64,000 nt of DNA. Origin: Gemmatimonadales bacterium (GTDB taxonomy: Bacteria > Gemmatimonadota > Gemmatimonadetes > Gemmatimonadales > GWC2-71-9). The DNA lies in contig JBFJHJ010000005.1 in assembly GCA_041613315.1 (NCBI GenBank), positions 43,997 through 107,996 on the forward strand. Reading direction: 5' to 3'. The notes below the pieces were generated by a model. That model was given only the letters and a program-made list of their open reading frames with translations, did no database searches and was not told the DNA's origin. Below, one piece after another: positions 48,110 through 58,980 of the stretch (position 1 is its first letter; every line of letters begins with the position of its first letter). The position numbers and the translations under genes are program-made.

Positions 48110-48916
48110 ATGCGCTGGATGCTCGCCGCCGCCGCGTGTGCGGCGATTGCCGTCGTGCCCCTTCCGCTCACGGCTCAGGAGCACGACCACGATCAGGCTC
48201 ACGGGGTACACTCGCACCGTGGCCCCGGTCCACATTTCATCGACGCGTTTTACACCGAGAACGCCTACCTCGAACGGAAGATCCGACCCGACGTATTCGT
48301 GTCGGTCGGCGAAGCTGCCGATCGGTACACGGCCCAGGTCGAGGTGGAGTGGGCTGTGCTCCCCCGGGCGGCCCTCATCGTCCACGCCCCCGTGCACCAC
48401 GTGGTGCCGCAGGGCGCGCCGAGCGAGACGGGAATCGGTGACCTCGAGCTGGGCGCCAAAGTGGCGCTCGTGAACGATCGGCGCCGGTTCATTCTCGCCG
48501 CGGGCGCCGACCTCGAGCTCCCGACGGGCGACGCGAGTCGCGGGCTGGGCGAGGAGCACGCCGCCCTGGCGCCGTTCCTGTTGGGATGGCTCCCGTTCGG
48601 CCCCGACCGCCGGTGGCTGCTGCAGACGGCGGCCCATCTGGAGGTGCCCCTCGAAGCGAACCCCGCGACCGAGGTGGTGCTCTCCATGGCGATCTCCTGG
48701 ACCTCGCCCCTAGGCGTCACGCCCCTCGTTGAGGGCCTGGTGCATTTTGAGGGGAGCGAACCCGACCCGGTATGGGCGGTCGCGCCGGGGTTCCGTTGGG
48801 AATTCGCGCCGGCATGGGAGGTGGGCGCCGGCGTCCGGATCCCGGTGGCCGGGCCGGCGGAGGAAGAGGTGGGATTCGTGGCGGGGCTCATCCGCCACTT
48901 CCCGCTGCCCCGCTGA
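48110..48916 (+). CDS. Outer-membrane beta-barrel transporter-like protein with His-rich N-terminus
   Basis: Signal peptide; EHDHDQAHGVHSH; TGIGDLELG and LPTGD motifs. Confidence 0.75.
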   Translation: MRWMLAAAACAAIAVVPLPLTAQEHDHDQAHGVHSHRGPGPHFIDAFYTENAYLERKIRPDVFVSVGEAADRYTAQVEVEWAVLPRAALIVHAPVHHVVPQGAPSETGIGDLELGAKVALVNDRRRFILAAGADLELPTGDASRGLGEEHAALAPFLLGWLPFGPDRRWLLQTAAHLEVPLEANPATEVVLSMAISWTSPLGVTPLVEGLVHFEGSEPDPVWAVAPGFRWEFAPAWEVGAGVRIPVAGPAEEEVGFVAGLIRHFPLPR

Positions 48917-48967
48917 CGCGCGTGTGGGACGCCGGGACGCGTCAGCGTCCCGGCCAGCGGCGGCCCC

Positions 48968-50596
<1,629 letters not shown>

Positions 50597-50668
50597 TGCC
50601 CTCTCACTCCCATCGGCTGGCTCGCACCAGCGCCTGTGCGGCGACGCGTCAGGGGGTCGGCCGCCGGT

Positions 50669-51055
50669 CTAGTCCCACACGCCACGCGTCACCAGTTCCA
50701 CACTGTGCCGGTCGGGATCGCGAAGGTACAGCGAATGCCCGCCACCCGGCCACGCCACTTCCCGCTCGATCGCCACACCACGAGCTCCCAGGTGCTCGCG
50801 CCACGCGTCCACCGCGTCGGGCGCGATGTCGAACGCGACGTGCAGCTCCCCACGCCCGCCGTGCGGCGGCGCGGACCCGGTCGGCGCGCGGGTCGCCTCG
50901 GCATCGAACAGCAAGAGCACGTCGGCGCCGGCCCGGAGAAACACATGCCGCTGCGGATCCCGACCGATCTCCGGAAAGCCGAAGACCTCGCGGTAAAACG
51001 CCGCGGCCCGGTCCAGGTCGGCAACGTACAGGGCCGACTCGTGGATGCCGCGCAC
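50669..51055 (-). CDS. VOC/glyoxalase-family protein; start uncertain
   Basis: ESALYVADL, FYREVFG, HVAF, SLYLRDPDRHSVEL. Confidence 0.88.
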   Translation of the reverse strand: MRGIHESALYVADLDRAAAFYREVFGFPEIGRDPQRHVFLRAGADVLLLFDAEATRAPTGSAPPHGGRGELHVAFDIAPDAVDAWREHLGARGVAIEREVAWPGGGHSLYLRDPDRHSVELVTRGVWD

Positions 51056-51084
51056 GCGCGGCGCCGACGGGCCGCCCCCGCGCG

Positions 51085-54000
51085 TTACCGCTCGTCCAGC
51101 AGCTCGCGCACCTTGCACAACAACTCGTCCACCGTCCACGGCTTGGCGAGGAACGGAATCGCGGGATCGAGGGTGCCGCTGTCCCGGAAGTCTCTCGCCG
51201 TGTAGCCGCTCGTGAATAAGAACCGGACGCCTTTGCCGCTGTCGCGCAGCTTCTCGTACAGCTGCGACCCCCCCACGCGCGGCATCACGACATCGGAGAT
51301 GATCAGATCGACCTCGGCCTCGTGCTCATGGAACACGTCCAAGGCCTCCGCGCCGTCCCCCGCCAGCAGCACGCGATAGCCCCTGCGCTCGAGGAGCCGT
51401 TTCGCCGAGCGACGGATGCCGGGTTCGTCCTCGACCAGGAGGATCGTCTCCGAACCGCCCCCCGACTCGTCGGTCGTCGTCGTGTTCGACGCGACATGCA
51501 TCAGCTCGGGGAGCAGGGGAAAATACAGGTCCACCGTGGTTCCGTCTCCCGGCGCGCTGTCCACGTCAATGAACCCGTTCTGTTGCTTGACGAGGCCGTA
51601 GATCATCGCCATCCCGAGTCCCGTCCCGAGCCCCGGCGGTTTCGTCGTGAAAAAGGGATCGAAGATCCGCTCCTTCGTCGCCTCGTCCATGCCGTGCCCG
51701 GTGTCCCGCACGCGCACCCGCACGTAGTCGCCCGGCGCCCCCCACCCCTGGAGCGCCGGGTGCGCCGGCGTCATCCAGGCCCGAGCCACCTGGATCCGCA
51801 GGGTGCCCCCCTGCGGCATCGCGTCCCGGGCGTTCGTCGCCAGGTTGAAGAGAATCTGCTCGATCGCGCTCTGGTCGGCGCGCACCGTGGCTTGCGTGTC
51901 GCGCGGAGTGAAACGGACATCAATGTGCTCCGGCAAGACGCGGCGCAGCATCGGCAGCACGTCGCGTACCAAGGACGTGATATTGGTCGGCTGGAGGACC
52001 AACATCCCGCGACGGCTGAAGCCGAGGAGCTTGCGCACCATGTCGCCGCCGCGCTGAGCCGCGCGACGCAGGTCCGCCAGATCCTCTCGCAGATCCTGCG
52101 ATTCGGCGGGCAGCCCGCGCTCCACGATGTCCGCGTTGGCCAGGATGACCGTGAGGAGATTGTTGAAGTCGTGAGCGATCCCGCCGGTGAGCTGCCCGAC
52201 GGCTTCCATCTTCTGCGCCTGCCGCAGCTGGGCCTCCAGGGCATGGCGCTCCGTCACGTCCTCGACGATCATCTCCAGGCTGGCCAGTTCGCCCGTCGGC
52301 GCGCGGAAGACCCGCCCGCTCAACCGTACGGGGATCGCGACGCCGTCCTTCCGCCGCCACTCCACTTCGACGCCCGAAACGTAACCGGATGCGGCGTGGC
52401 GCTGGAGCATGTCCGCCCAGTCCTCCGGATCCCCAAAAACGTCGCGCTCGAGCAGCGCCCCGAGAAGATCGTCCTCCGAGCCGTAGCCGAGGATGCGCAC
52501 CAACGCAGGGTTCACCGACACGAGCGCCCCATGCGCGCCCGCGCGAAAGATCCCGATGGGCGCGTGCTCCACCAGCGCACGATACTCCCCCTCCGAGCGC
52601 CGCAGCGCATCCTCGGCGCGCTTCCGCTCCGTGATATCCTGGCTGCTGCCGAACATGCGGATGACGTTGCCATCGGGATCCGTCACGACTCGGCCGCGCC
52701 CGTGGAACCATCGGATCGTACCGTCCGTGAGCTGCGCGCGGTGTTCGAGATCGAACGGCTGCTTGTCGGCGTAGGCGTGCTCGACGATTTCGCGGGCCCG
52801 CGCCCGATCCTCGGGGTGCACGCGCTCGAGGTAGCTCTCGAACGTGATCTCCACCGACTGCGGTTCGAGCCCGTAGATGCGATACAGCTCGTCCGACCAC
52901 GTGACGCGATTCGTCGCGACGTCCCACTCCCAGCTGCCGACGCGCGCGACCTCCTGCGACTGCGCCAGGAACGCGCGGCTGCGCCGCAGATCGTCCTCCG
53001 CTCCCTTGCGGTAGGTGACGTCGCGGAAATTGACGACCACCGCGCGGACAGCCGGGTCCGCGAGCCGGCTCACGCCCACCGCTTCCATGTGTCGCCATGA
53101 ACCGTCCTTGTGGCGGGAACGGTACTCCACGCGCACCGCGGTGCCGGGCGCCGCCAAACACATCTGGAAGTTCTCCCGCACCCTGACGAGGTCGTCGGGG
53201 TGGATCAACTCGAACGCGTCGCGGCCGACATATTCCTCCTGCGTGTATCCCTTGACCCGCTCGATCACACTGCTGACGTAACACACCTCGCCGGTCTCGG
53301 CCAGCAGCGCGATGGCGTCCGTGCTGTTCTCGACGAGTGCCCGAAACCGCCGCTCACTGTCCCGTACCACCCGGTCCGCCCGCTTCTGGTCGGTCACATC
53401 GCGGAAGCTCGACACGCGCCCAACGCTCACGCCGCCGATGCGCTGCGCCTGCGAGTACCGTTCGAACACGCGACCGTCCTTGCACCGGAGCACGTCGTAG
53501 CTCTCGGCCTCGGGGTCGTCGTGCAGCACCTCCAGTTTGCGCATGAACGCGTCGGGATCCTCGAGCTGGTCCTGCACGAGCGTCAGGAGCCGTCGCGTGT
53601 CGCCCGCGTCGGGGACGTCCGGCGGGAAGCGCCACATCTCGGCGAACTTCTGATTGTAGCTCACCACCCTACGGTCGCGGTCCACGACCAGAATGCCGTC
53701 GGCGGTGGATTCCAGCGTGGCCTGGAGCAGCGAAAGCGAGCGATCGAGCGCCTGCTCCGAGCGTTGCCGGTCGCTGATGTCGCGCACGAGACCGAGGAGC
53801 CGGCCGTCGGAGAGCCGGCGCGCGCTGATCTCCACCGGCACGAGCGTCCCGTCGCGCCGCCGGAGCCGCCGTTGCGCGCGAACCGCCTCGCCGGCCCGGA
53901 GCTGCTCCCACGGGATCGGCTGGCGCGCGAGATCTTCGGGCGGTACGAGCGCTGTGAGATCGCGACCCACGAGCTCCCGCCGCCTGAAGCCCAGGAGCTC

Positions 54001-54360
54001 GCACCCGGCCGGGTTCACGTCCACGTTCCGCCCGTCCGGGCCCGCCAAGAAGATCCCGTCCGACGCCTGGTCGAACAGAATCCGGTAAGGCTCTCGCTGA
54101 CTGTTGACCGCGACCGGCGCTCGCCGCAGCCACCAGAGCGCCGCCAGGAGCAGGAGCGACGCGGCGAGCGCCGTCGTCGCGAGGCCCGCCGCCGCACCCG
54201 TAACCAGTCCCACCATGGCGCCCACGGCCAGGGCCACGGCCACCCCGGCCCACGGGAGCCACAGCCCACGCCGGCCCGTGAGCCTGGGGAGCCGGAACGC
54301 CAGGACCAGGGCGGCGACCTGGACGAGGACCGCGAGCGCAACGATCAGGTTCGGACGCAT
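51085..54360 (-). CDS. Membrane-anchored multi-PAS hybrid histidine kinase
   Basis: Three N-terminal TM helices, five PAS domains, GGIAHDFNN, HATPase boxes, receiver. Confidence 0.93.
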   Translation of the reverse strand: MRPNLIVALAVLVQVAALVLAFRLPRLTGRRGLWLPWAGVAVALAVGAMVGLVTGAAAGLATTALAASLLLLAALWWLRRAPVAVNSQREPYRILFDQASDGIFLAGPDGRNVDVNPAGCELLGFRRRELVGRDLTALVPPEDLARQPIPWEQLRAGEAVRAQRRLRRRDGTLVPVEISARRLSDGRLLGLVRDISDRQRSEQALDRSLSLLQATLESTADGILVVDRDRRVVSYNQKFAEMWRFPPDVPDAGDTRRLLTLVQDQLEDPDAFMRKLEVLHDDPEAESYDVLRCKDGRVFERYSQAQRIGGVSVGRVSSFRDVTDQKRADRVVRDSERRFRALVENSTDAIALLAETGEVCYVSSVIERVKGYTQEEYVGRDAFELIHPDDLVRVRENFQMCLAAPGTAVRVEYRSRHKDGSWRHMEAVGVSRLADPAVRAVVVNFRDVTYRKGAEDDLRRSRAFLAQSQEVARVGSWEWDVATNRVTWSDELYRIYGLEPQSVEITFESYLERVHPEDRARAREIVEHAYADKQPFDLEHRAQLTDGTIRWFHGRGRVVTDPDGNVIRMFGSSQDITERKRAEDALRRSEGEYRALVEHAPIGIFRAGAHGALVSVNPALVRILGYGSEDDLLGALLERDVFGDPEDWADMLQRHAASGYVSGVEVEWRRKDGVAIPVRLSGRVFRAPTGELASLEMIVEDVTERHALEAQLRQAQKMEAVGQLTGGIAHDFNNLLTVILANADIVERGLPAESQDLREDLADLRRAAQRGGDMVRKLLGFSRRGMLVLQPTNITSLVRDVLPMLRRVLPEHIDVRFTPRDTQATVRADQSAIEQILFNLATNARDAMPQGGTLRIQVARAWMTPAHPALQGWGAPGDYVRVRVRDTGHGMDEATKERIFDPFFTTKPPGLGTGLGMAMIYGLVKQQNGFIDVDSAPGDGTTVDLYFPLLPELMHVASNTTTTDESGGGSETILLVEDEPGIRRSAKRLLERRGYRVLLAGDGAEALDVFHEHEAEVDLIISDVVMPRVGGSQLYEKLRDSGKGVRFLFTSGYTARDFRDSGTLDPAIPFLAKPWTVDELLCKVRELLDER

Positions 54361-54467
54361 CCCCTGCGGAAACGGCGGGAGGAGTTGCAAGATAACTGAA
54401 AAAGTATCGGCCCGCGGTGGGCTGGGCTTGATCCCCCCGCGGGCCGCCGGAACGCTCGGCTGGCAAC

Positions 54468-55556
54468 TCAGAAGTGCAGGTGCACCTCCAGGCTCGCCAC
54501 GTCCCGGTCGTCCAGGCCGCCGGCGTTGTCGTTGACGTTGTAGAACGTGGACAGCTGAACGAACGACACCGGAAACACCTCGAGGCCGACACGCAGCCGG
54601 GTGCGCTGGTCCTCGGCCAAGTCCAGGTTGGGATCGTGGTAACCGTACGTGACCTTGGCGTTCCAGCCCTTGGAGAGCAGCAGGTCACCTTCCACGTACG
54701 CCACGAACTGATCGCGGCCCGGCTGGCCCTGGAACCGATCGAAGATCCAGTCCGCCTCGCCCAGCACCACCAACCGCTGCGCCACGCTGAACCCGCCGAA
54801 GCCGCCCACGGTCTCGGTGCGGCCCCCGTCCCCGCTGTTGCGGGAACCGGATGCCCCGACCCGGAACGCCGGGTAGACCAGCACCGCCGTGCCCGTCACC
54901 TGTTTGCCGCTGTTCGTTTCCAACGCCCCCGCATTCCCGTTGGACACGGCGACGCCCAAGCTCAGCGGACCCGGCTCGATGCCGACTTCCAACCCGATGT
55001 CCGGCGTCTTATAGGTAAAACCGGTCTCGGAACGGATGAACGCCCCATCGTCCCACAGCCGGAGCCCGTAAGGAAGCAGGAACTTTCCGGCCTTGGCGTA
55101 CGCGTTCATGGGCCCCTGCCACTCCGCCAACACGAATGCCTCTCGCGCGAAGGCCTGTTCGGGACCCACCGTCTGGTCGAGATAGAACGCGAGCACACCG
55201 GGGATGACCCTCGCTTCGATCGCCACCTGCGCCTCGGTGAGCTCGATGGCCGTTCGAGGCAGACGACCCCGCTCCGGCTGCCGCGCCACGCCCGAGGCAA
55301 GCGCCCGCAGGTCGAACCCCAGACCCAGCCATTCCGCGACCGATCGGCTCTTGATGCCCACCGTCCGCATGGGCAGCTGCGTCTGCGCCCACGCGCTCCC
55401 GAAGGCACTGCGGCCGCCCCCACCCGTGCGGTTCACGTGGCACTGTGAACACTTGAGTCCGGTACGGATAGCCAGATAGGGCTCGGCCGCCGCCTCCACG
55501 TGGGCACCGGCCATCATGATCCCGACCGCCAGCACGACCATCCCTCTCGAACGCAT
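54468..55556 (-). CDS. Monoheme cytochrome c-porin fusion (Cyc2-like architecture)
   Basis: Signal peptide then EPYLAIRTGLKCSQCH; beta-barrel body ending HLHF. Confidence 0.7.
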   Translation of the reverse strand: MRSRGMVVLAVGIMMAGAHVEAAAEPYLAIRTGLKCSQCHVNRTGGGGRSAFGSAWAQTQLPMRTVGIKSRSVAEWLGLGFDLRALASGVARQPERGRLPRTAIELTEAQVAIEARVIPGVLAFYLDQTVGPEQAFAREAFVLAEWQGPMNAYAKAGKFLLPYGLRLWDDGAFIRSETGFTYKTPDIGLEVGIEPGPLSLGVAVSNGNAGALETNSGKQVTGTAVLVYPAFRVGASGSRNSGDGGRTETVGGFGGFSVAQRLVVLGEADWIFDRFQGQPGRDQFVAYVEGDLLLSKGWNAKVTYGYHDPNLDLAEDQRTRLRVGLEVFPVSFVQLSTFYNVNDNAGGLDDRDVASLEVHLHF

Positions 55557-55726
55557 GGCCTCACCTCCCACCTTGGTGCTCATGAGCCCCCTCGTGTTGT
55601 GGCCGGTCCACCCGTCAGTTATTGGGCCGCCGGCCGTGGTCCCATCCCAACGGGATCTGGTCCGGGCCGACCAGCGCGAGTCCGGCGCCGGCCATCGCAA
55701 CCCGAGCGGCCCCGTGCGATGCTGGG

Positions 55727-56173
55727 TCAGTTGTTCTGCGCGCCGGCGCTGATCCATGCCCGGATCGTGTTGATCTGCGGCTGGCTCAGCGGCTGCCCGC
55801 CGAGCGGCATCCGGGCGCCGGAGCCGCCCACCGTCCCCTGCGTCCCCTGCACTTTGTGCACCAGATAGCTCTCGTCCGGGTTGCCGGGACACACTCGGGC
55901 CAGGTTCGGGGCCTCGAGCGCCGCACGGTTGACGGTGTTGGCGAACGTTTGGCCCGCGCTCAGGCTCATGCTCTGCGCGGGACTGCTCCCGGTGTGGCAC
56001 CCGGACACGGCGCAGCTAGCGGTCAAGATCGGCTGAACGTCGGCCGAGAGCGCCGGCGTGGCGGCACCCGAGCCGCCGCCCGTGCACATGAGACCGACCA
56101 TCGAGCCGTCGCCGGCGCACGCGGCACCGGCGAACAACGAGACGGCATATACGATCGAACGCGCAAACGCCAT
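55727..56173 (-). CDS. Small c-type cytochrome-like lipoprotein (CxxxxCH)
   Basis: GAAC lipobox; VQPILTASCAVSGCH, PGNPDESYL, MP, IRAWI. Confidence 0.75.
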   Translation of the reverse strand: MAFARSIVYAVSLFAGAACAGDGSMVGLMCTGGGSGAATPALSADVQPILTASCAVSGCHTGSSPAQSMSLSAGQTFANTVNRAALEAPNLARVCPGNPDESYLVHKVQGTQGTVGGSGARMPLGGQPLSQPQINTIRAWISAGAQNN

Positions 56174-56329
56174 GAGCACCTCCCTGTGAGTGCTGTCGGA
56201 CCGAGCGCAGCCGGCGTGCAGGAGGGCGCCGGCCACTAGGGCACTACGATTACCCGGAACCCCACAGGCGGCAAGGAGGTTCCATCGACGTGTCATGGTG
56301 CACCGTGCCTCGGCGCGGTACACTCGGGC

Positions 56330-57646
56330 ATGCCGAAACATCGCACCGCGGACGATCCTCGCCACCGAGTGGTCATCATCGGAGGTGGCTTTGGGGGGCT
56401 CAACGCCGCGCGGGGGCTCGCGCGCACGCCGGTGGACGTCACGGTCCTCGACCGGCGCAACGTGCACTTGTTCCAGCCCCTGCTGTACCAGGTGGCCACA
56501 GGCGGCCTGTCGCCGGGCGACATCGCCTCTCCGCTCCGGTGGATCCTGCGGCGCCAGCTGAGCACCCGCGTCTGGCTGGCGGATGTCACGGCGATCGATG
56601 CCGACCGACGGCTGGTCGTGCTCCGGGACGGCACGGTCCCGTACGACACGCTCGTCGTGGCCGCGGGCGCAAGCCATCACTACTTCGGGAACGACGAATG
56701 GGCGCCCTACGCGCCAGGGCTCAAGAGCCTGGAAGACGCAACCGAGATCCGTCGGCGCGCGCTCTTGGCGTTCGAGGCGGCGGAGCGCGACCCCGACCCC
56801 ACCCGACACGGCGAATGGCTCACGTTCGTGGTCGTCGGCGGGGGTCCCACTGGCGTTGAGCTCGCCGGCGCGCTCAGCGAGTTGGCACGCGACACTCTCC
56901 GGCGTGACTTCCGCGCCGTCGATCCCGCGACCGCCCGCATTCTGCTGTTGGAGGGCACCGACCGTGTGCTCCCGACGTTCCCGGCCTCACTGTCCGCGAG
57001 ATGTCGCCGATCGCTCGAGCGGCTGGGCGTCATCGTACATACCGGGACGCTGGTGACCGAGGTGACCGATCGCTGGGTGACGGTCCGGTCGGACGATCGC
57101 ATCGAGCGCATCTCGACCCGGACGGTGCTGTGGGCCGCCGGGGTGCGCGCGTCCCCGCTCGGACGCGCCATCGCGGACGCCACCGGGGCGCCGCTCGACC
57201 GGGCCGGGCGGGTCATCGTGGAACCCGACCTGACCGTCCCCCAACACCCGGAGATCTTCGTGATCGGCGATCTGGCCCGCTGCGTCGACCACGCCGGCGA
57301 GCTGCTGCCCGGCGTCGCGCCGGTCGCCATGCAGCAGGGGAGCTACGTCGCCGCCGCGATCCGGCGCCGGCTCCGCCACCAGCCAGTGCGCCCTTTCCGC
57401 TATCGCAACATGGGGGTTCTCGCGACCATCGGGCGCGCGGCCGCAGTGGCCGACTTCGGGCGGCTACGGTTTTCCGGCTATCTGGCGTGGCTGCTGTGGC
57501 TCTTCGTGCACCTCATGTACCTGGTGGAGTTCCAGAATCGCGTCCTGGTCCTGATCCAGTGGACCTGGCACTACACGACCAAGAACCGGGGTACCCGGAT
57601 CATCGGCCAGTCGCCACCCGTGGACCCGCCGCCTGGAGCGGCGTGA
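56330..57646 (+). CDS. ndh: Type II NADH:quinone oxidoreductase
   Basis: GGGFGG, FQPLLYQVATG, GGGPTGVELAG, WAAGV, GDLA, AMQQG. Confidence 0.93.
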   Translation: MPKHRTADDPRHRVVIIGGGFGGLNAARGLARTPVDVTVLDRRNVHLFQPLLYQVATGGLSPGDIASPLRWILRRQLSTRVWLADVTAIDADRRLVVLRDGTVPYDTLVVAAGASHHYFGNDEWAPYAPGLKSLEDATEIRRRALLAFEAAERDPDPTRHGEWLTFVVVGGGPTGVELAGALSELARDTLRRDFRAVDPATARILLLEGTDRVLPTFPASLSARCRRSLERLGVIVHTGTLVTEVTDRWVTVRSDDRIERISTRTVLWAAGVRASPLGRAIADATGAPLDRAGRVIVEPDLTVPQHPEIFVIGDLARCVDHAGELLPGVAPVAMQQGSYVAAAIRRRLRHQPVRPFRYRNMGVLATIGRAAAVADFGRLRFSGYLAWLLWLFVHLMYLVEFQNRVLVLIQWTWHYTTKNRGTRIIGQSPPVDPPPGAA

Positions 57647-58316
57647 CCTCGGCTGTGGCGGTCGCCTCGGCGGCACACACGGCGGCCCAGCGGCGGCGCC
57701 ACGCGAGCGCGCCGAGCGCCAGGGTGAGCACGGCGCCGGCGGCCAGGAGCTGGCCCGAGGTCAAGGGGATAACGAGACCGATCGAGGCGTAGAACCAGAA
57801 GCGCAGAAACCGGCCGACGGCGTTGGCCGCGAGAAAGCGCGACGTGCGGTAGCGCGCCGCGGCGGCAACGACCCGCACGAGCCAGAAGGGGATCGGCGTG
57901 AGGGAGACGAGGGCCACGGTGGGAAACGGGCGGACCCCGAACCAGCGCACGACCCGCCGGGCCCATCGTGCATCGCGGAGTCCGGTCAGCGCGTTCGAAT
58001 GGATCGCCGCGGCGAAAAGACGGTAATTCAGGTACTCGACCGCCGTGACGCTGATGGTCGCGACCGCGGCGACGGTGACCGGCGGGTGGAGTCTGGCAAA
58101 CACCATGAGCACCGGCTCCTGCGCCACGGGAAGGAGCGCGCCGTACGGACCGTTCAGGAACAGCGTCACGGTGAAGAGAAGCGCGAGGTCCGCGACCGGC
58201 GGGACGACGGTGGACAGGAGGATCGCCAGGACACCCACGACCCCGCTCGCCCGCACGAGGCCGTCCCACGTCGCGGGGCCCACGGGGCGCACCAGCCAGC
58301 CGAGCCGGCGCTTCAT
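57600..58316 (-). CDS. DedA/VTT (SNARE-associated) membrane protein
   Basis: Multiple TM helices; LTPIPF and GRFLRF. Confidence 0.75.
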   Translation of the reverse strand: MKRRLGWLVRPVGPATWDGLVRASGVVGVLAILLSTVVPPVADLALLFTVTLFLNGPYGALLPVAQEPVLMVFARLHPPVTVAAVATISVTAVEYLNYRLFAAAIHSNALTGLRDARWARRVVRWFGVRPFPTVALVSLTPIPFWLVRVVAAAARYRTSRFLAANAVGRFLRFWFYASIGLVIPLTSGQLLAAGAVLTLALGALAWRRRWAAVCAAEATATAEVTPLQAAGPRVATGR

Positions 58317-58460
58317 CTCGCTCGCAAGGGTGTGCAGGCAGCCTCCCCGTCGGTCGAGGGCCGGCACGGGCCGGAGCGGAGCACCGGTGTGCCGAACGGG
58401 AATGGTGGCGTTCCCGCCGCCCGCGCGCTAGCGTATCCCGACCCGACGGGAGCCACCCGC

Positions 58461-58865
58461 ATGACGACGACCAACGTCTCTGACCGATCCCGCGCGATTG
58501 CCCTCGCGCTCGTCTCGCTGCTCGGCCCCTTCGGCGGCCATCGCTTCTATGTCGGCAAGATCGGCACCGGGATTCTCATGCTCTTGACCGGTGGCGGGTT
58601 GGGCATCTGGTGGCTGATCGATTTCATCAAGGTGGCGAGCGGCACGTTCACCGACCTGGACGGCAGGCGGATCGTGCGGTGGGAGCCCGGCGGCGCCGAG
58701 AGCATCGGACCGCTGTCGAGCCGGAAGATGGAGCTGGTGCTCGAAGAGCTGGATCTCCTCCGGGGCGACATGGCGGAGCTCAACGAGCGGGTGGACTTCG
58801 TGGAGCGCCTCCTGACCCGATTGCGGGAGCAAGGCGCCATCTCTCCCGGCCCGTCGTCCCCCTAA
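58461..58865 (+). CDS. TM2-domain protein with C-terminal coiled coil
   Basis: GGHRFYVGKIGTG, GGLGIWWLID; ELNERVDFVERLL. Confidence 0.85.
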   Translation: MTTTNVSDRSRAIALALVSLLGPFGGHRFYVGKIGTGILMLLTGGGLGIWWLIDFIKVASGTFTDLDGRRIVRWEPGGAESIGPLSSRKMELVLEELDLLRGDMAELNERVDFVERLLTRLREQGAISPGPSSP

Positions 58866-58980
58866 CGAGGCCCAAACCCTCCACCCCTCCCCAAAGCGCG
58901 CCACGGCGTGCATCTTGGCGTCCGGCCCAGGCCATCCGAGCCGGGCTCTTCGGACCACGGGTGATGCTGAGGTGATCTCC

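Noticed and set aside
57600..57646. 47-bp convergent overlap of ndh and the DedA-like gene
   Set aside because: Tail overlaps are common in high-GC genomes; both tails are low complexity.
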